Source: a virus. From it: 64,000 nucleotides of DNA. The stretch lies in IMG/VR virus record IMGVR_UViG_3300022916_000011, positions 1 to 64,000 of that record; one strand, given 5' to 3'. Of the stretch, positions 61,901-64,000 are shown piece by piece (the stretch's first letter is position 1; every line of letters starts with the position of its first letter). The notes below the pieces were generated by a model that saw only the letters and a program-made list of their open reading frames with translations, had not been told where the DNA came from and did no database searches. A program made the position numbers and the translations under genes.

Positions 61901-64000
61901 AAAACTGATACAGCTAATCAAATAGCGGAAGCTATAAAAAGAGGCGATTCCATAGTTGATTTAAAGGAACAGCAGCAAATATTAATTACAAATAATCAAC
62001 GAGATTTTGAGTTATCTTTAGCGCAATCACGGGAAGCAGAAATAACTAAGGAAGCAGAAAAACATGATATAATAATAAAAAATTCAAAGGCTTCTGGGGA
62101 TCAACTTAAAATATTAGAGGAAGATAAAAAATCTAGTATAGACCTTATTGATAAAAAATTTGATAGGATAAGACAAGAAAGAGCATCTTCTATTGTTAAA
62201 TTTTATGAACAACAAACAATTAAAGAGGAGAATATTGCACAGAATCGGGCTGATAAAATTTCAGCTATAAATGAAAAAATTACTATTAAAACAGTAGAGA
62301 CTGTTAGAGATACGGAATTAAAAAGACTTTCCATTTTGGCTGACGCAGAGGAACAAGAAATAGCAATATACGAAAAGTCTGCTTTAACTAAAATAAAATA
62401 TGCTTTGAAAAATAATGAGGATATAAGTCAATTAAGAAAAGAATCTATTGCGGAAGTAGAAGAACAAAATGTTGCATTGCAAAAAATATGGGAAACGTCT
62501 AGAGAGACAGAAATACAAGCAGAAGAACGAATTTGGGCTTTAAAGAGAAAATCTGGAACTAGTGATCTAGAATATAATGCAGGATTACGATCTGCTAAAT
62601 TGGAAATAGACGAAAATTATAATGAAAAAGTTAGAGCTTTAGAATTGAAAAAACTTAAATTTATTCAATCTATTAATGCTGCTGAGTTAGCCGATCATCA
62701 AAGGAAATATCAAAAAGCATTAACTTATTATGATAAATGGGTAAAACAAATAGCTAAAAAAGCTTTGCAGGGCCTTTCTAAAGACCAAGCTATGGCTACC
62801 ACTATGAAAAAAGCTAAAGAGACATGGGCAGAACATGTTAGAAATCTTTTTAATGTTGGAAGGAATGATGAAGCTAGAGATTTAATGAGTAAATGGCCCG
62901 AAATTCAAAGAATCCAATTAGAGGAATTAAGTAAACAACAAGATCAATATGATAATGATAGACTTGTAGCAATGAAGTCCCTTTATAAAGATTTGAATGA
63001 AGTCTCTGGCAATTACTTTGACGCACAGATACAGATTATTGAACTTGAAAAAGAGAAGTATATTGAATCTCTTAAAATAAAAGCGGATGAAAATGGAAAA
63101 TATACACAAAAACAAATGCAATTACTTGAGGCACTGAATAGATGGCAAATCCTTAAAAATCGTGAATTAGTACAAGAATACCTCATAGCTAACAAGGGTT
63201 TAGCTGGTGGTATGGTTGCATACCTTGTTGAAATGAAAACAGCATGGGAAAATTACTACCAAGAGATAGGCCAATTTGGTTATGATTTTCTGGAAAGTTT
63301 CGGTAGTGCATTTGAGGATAGCTTTGTTAAAGTATTTACTGAAGGAGTAGATGCAGCAAAAGATGTTTGGAAGGATTGGCTTGACGATTTGTTAGATAGT
63401 TTCCTTAAAATGATAGCGAGACTTATAAAAGAATTGGTCATGTCAGGCATATTAGAATTGCTAGTATCCGCTCTTGGAAGTGGAAGCGGAAGTAGAAGTA
63501 TCAGTATCAGTGGTGGAGGAAGTGGAAGTGGCGTTGGAATGGGAGGCGTGAGTGTAGGTGGTTCTTCAATGAGTTGGACAACCATTGGTAGTATGCTTGC
63601 CAAGGGATATGAGTTGTACACCGGGAAGAGCTTATCTCTTAATGGTTTGATAGATAGTCTTTCTGGTAGTTCTTCCTCAACTGCTGTTACTACCACTCAA
63701 CAAGGTCAAAATTGGGCGGGTGATATTGGTAGTTGGGGAAAAGATTATGCAAAAGGTTTAGGCCAGACAGGAACAATGACTGCTGCTCAAGTTGCAGGCG
63801 CTGAAGCTGCCTATGCAATGAATACTGGTTACATGAGTGGTATGGCAGTTGATTCAGCCGGTATGGTTGGCAACATGGCGAACATGGGTGCAAACGCTTC
63901 CACTACTGGAATGGGTGCTGGTGCTGCTTCTGGTATTGCTGCTGCTGTTGTTGCTATTATCATTGGTGGTTACATGGTTTTCGATAATAATACGAAACCA
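58931..64000 (+). CDS. Tape measure protein (TP901-type core), truncated at window end, >1690 aa
   Basis: ATG at 58931; EFEHEMSMVRA, TVFTAKEAAEAMRFLAMAGF, GIKAGMAG motifs; long coiled-coil; absent from the ORF track, consistent with no stop before the window end. Confidence 0.9.
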   Translation, partial: MSNVDGINIPVTSSGVGKTISDLERIKLQMKNMTTSLEQVKKMLMVAFPVDSAKQFSTAAKSVQREVQQISHFLENMGTKANTTLLKASTAVGIYEKKLTTVNKTLEKNVTVQKNTAAAVKLLFARIHAGVVVNKKLETSTNKVTSAFLKQIGVSARLTNKWDAFRKSISANRLVQQALNKTSTAAVLNNMKLTSSYQNLSKSIAKNTSVTKANKTEQAKLNTTIAKTSKGFAGLIPHVAAVTLSYMAMRRVTRAITGTIGLGVEFEHEMSMVRAITEATTAQFEVLMDVVKKAGETTVFTAKEAAEAMRFLAMAGFAVDESIAALPDVLNLAFIGQLELKRATDISTDVLRAFGLEAEQLGMVVDVFTATITNSNTNIEMLGQSMKFVAPVASKLGYSVQQVSAMLGVMSQSGIKAGMAGRSLRMAMMRMSDAAKSMGMEGANLLDVLRKLASKSYSPDRLVGELKTMFGLRSTPAILALMQNLKLYDEFYEKLENSEGAAKKFTDSLKTVWRAFKELSSVVQSLAIEVFEEYQETLESVLNNATEWFRENKDEVKEWTKYIVESIPQVIGLTVAMWGLGKALAIVTIFREMHVAVTAMNAANALPMFADQVTRGGKALAMAKGFAAKYASQLYLLGGAIAAVIAYKLSEWLAEQWEWWDKNIWGSKKYTESLKEGIKQQRAFLALKTLDKSPEQAFEVFNLKTAKVALNYLKTELSDLREKRDTILDNIQQQEYQLDLIDTDKEKVALKNVEAQILVMAEKAAKVQYLVDNMRSSGGTYENSDYYKGSALAATREREKLEEQTKYNEALRIAKEQYESGEIKLPSYDRKKFLDKLEEDLKTEGAYLLLAARDKEGAKEYIRGMRTNAGRVYDARMKQDEEIASKLKQIKDPMERSKIEANVFTLGTEFTDRMSKVKKYSEEYMLLFNNMRKGQSKILNKSISDQIKAENALVTAVKKAQGSIIDNKAAMQKQETDLNTKQLNDSLAVIKTDTANQIAEAIKRGDSIVDLKEQQQILITNNQRDFELSLAQSREAEITKEAEKHDIIIKNSKASGDQLKILEEDKKSSIDLIDKKFDRIRQERASSIVKFYEQQTIKEENIAQNRADKISAINEKITIKTVETVRDTELKRLSILADAEEQEIAIYEKSALTKIKYALKNNEDISQLRKESIAEVEEQNVALQKIWETSRETEIQAEERIWALKRKSGTSDLEYNAGLRSAKLEIDENYNEKVRALELKKLKFIQSINAAELADHQRKYQKALTYYDKWVKQIAKKALQGLSKDQAMATTMKKAKETWAEHVRNLFNVGRNDEARDLMSKWPEIQRIQLEELSKQQDQYDNDRLVAMKSLYKDLNEVSGNYFDAQIQIIELEKEKYIESLKIKADENGKYTQKQMQLLEALNRWQILKNRELVQEYLIANKGLAGGMVAYLVEMKTAWENYYQEIGQFGYDFLESFGSAFEDSFVKVFTEGVDAAKDVWKDWLDDLLDSFLKMIARLIKELVMSGILELLVSALGSGSGSRSISISGGGSGSGVGMGGVSVGGSSMSWTTIGSMLAKGYELYTGKSLSLNGLIDSLSGSSSSTAVTTTQQGQNWAGDIGSWGKDYAKGLGQTGTMTAAQVAGAEAAYAMNTGYMSGMAVDSAGMVGNMANMGANASTTGMGAGAASGIAAAVVAIIIGGYMVFDNNTKP

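Noticed and set aside
59212-63893. Minus-strand ORFs in the ORF track
   Set aside because: Antisense shadows of the tape measure gene
1-64000. Stop-codon reassignment, tRNA genes, reverse transcriptase/DGR
   Set aside because: Known genes are full-length in code 11; no tRNA cloverleaf or RT motifs noticed by eye (tRNAscan not run)

Overview
This window is part of a large, AT-rich, long-tailed (siphovirus-like) dsDNA phage genome read in the standard code. (1) 1-15.8 kb: a minus-strand early/host-takeover arm of mostly small hypothetical genes (DUF932, radical SAM, DUF2786, GHKL ATPase-HExxH, methyltransferase-like, L7/L12-CTD-like, J-domain). It is driven by near-consensus sigma70 promoters and has a recurring GTAAACCCT motif before ribosome-binding sites. 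(2) 15.8-22.2 kb: a largely non-coding control or terminus-like region. It holds a structured-RNA candidate with an 18-nt complement of the 16S rRNA 3' end, skewed short repeats, a palindrome-punctuated array of small genes under a sigma54-type promoter with enhancer-like sites, and iteron-like repeats. (3) 22.2-44.8 kb, plus strand: class II ribonucleotide reductase, NUMOD3-HNH endonuclease, NUDIX and kinase genes, then a ~15 kb nucleotide-sugar/glycan-modification cluster (WbpB/WbpD-like, several glycosyltransferases, methyltransferases, SGNH, sulfotransferase, split transketolase, UXS-like epimerase, GDP-fucose synthase-like). (4) 44.9-49.9 kb, minus strand: portal, TerL and TerS. TerL carries a 389-aa intein whose centre is overprinted in the +1 frame by a complete zinc-finger HNH endonuclease gene. 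(5) 50.2-64 kb, plus strand: scaffold, major capsid, decoration protein, a GT2-TPR glycosyltransferase inside the head operon, neck/tail genes, tail tube, frameshifted tail chaperones and a tape measure running off the end. The strongest novelty candidates are the dual-coding intein/HNH, a self-supplied virion glycosylation system, and the sigma54-controlled palindrome-cassette operon. All protein calls come from motif recognition by eye; no database searches were run.
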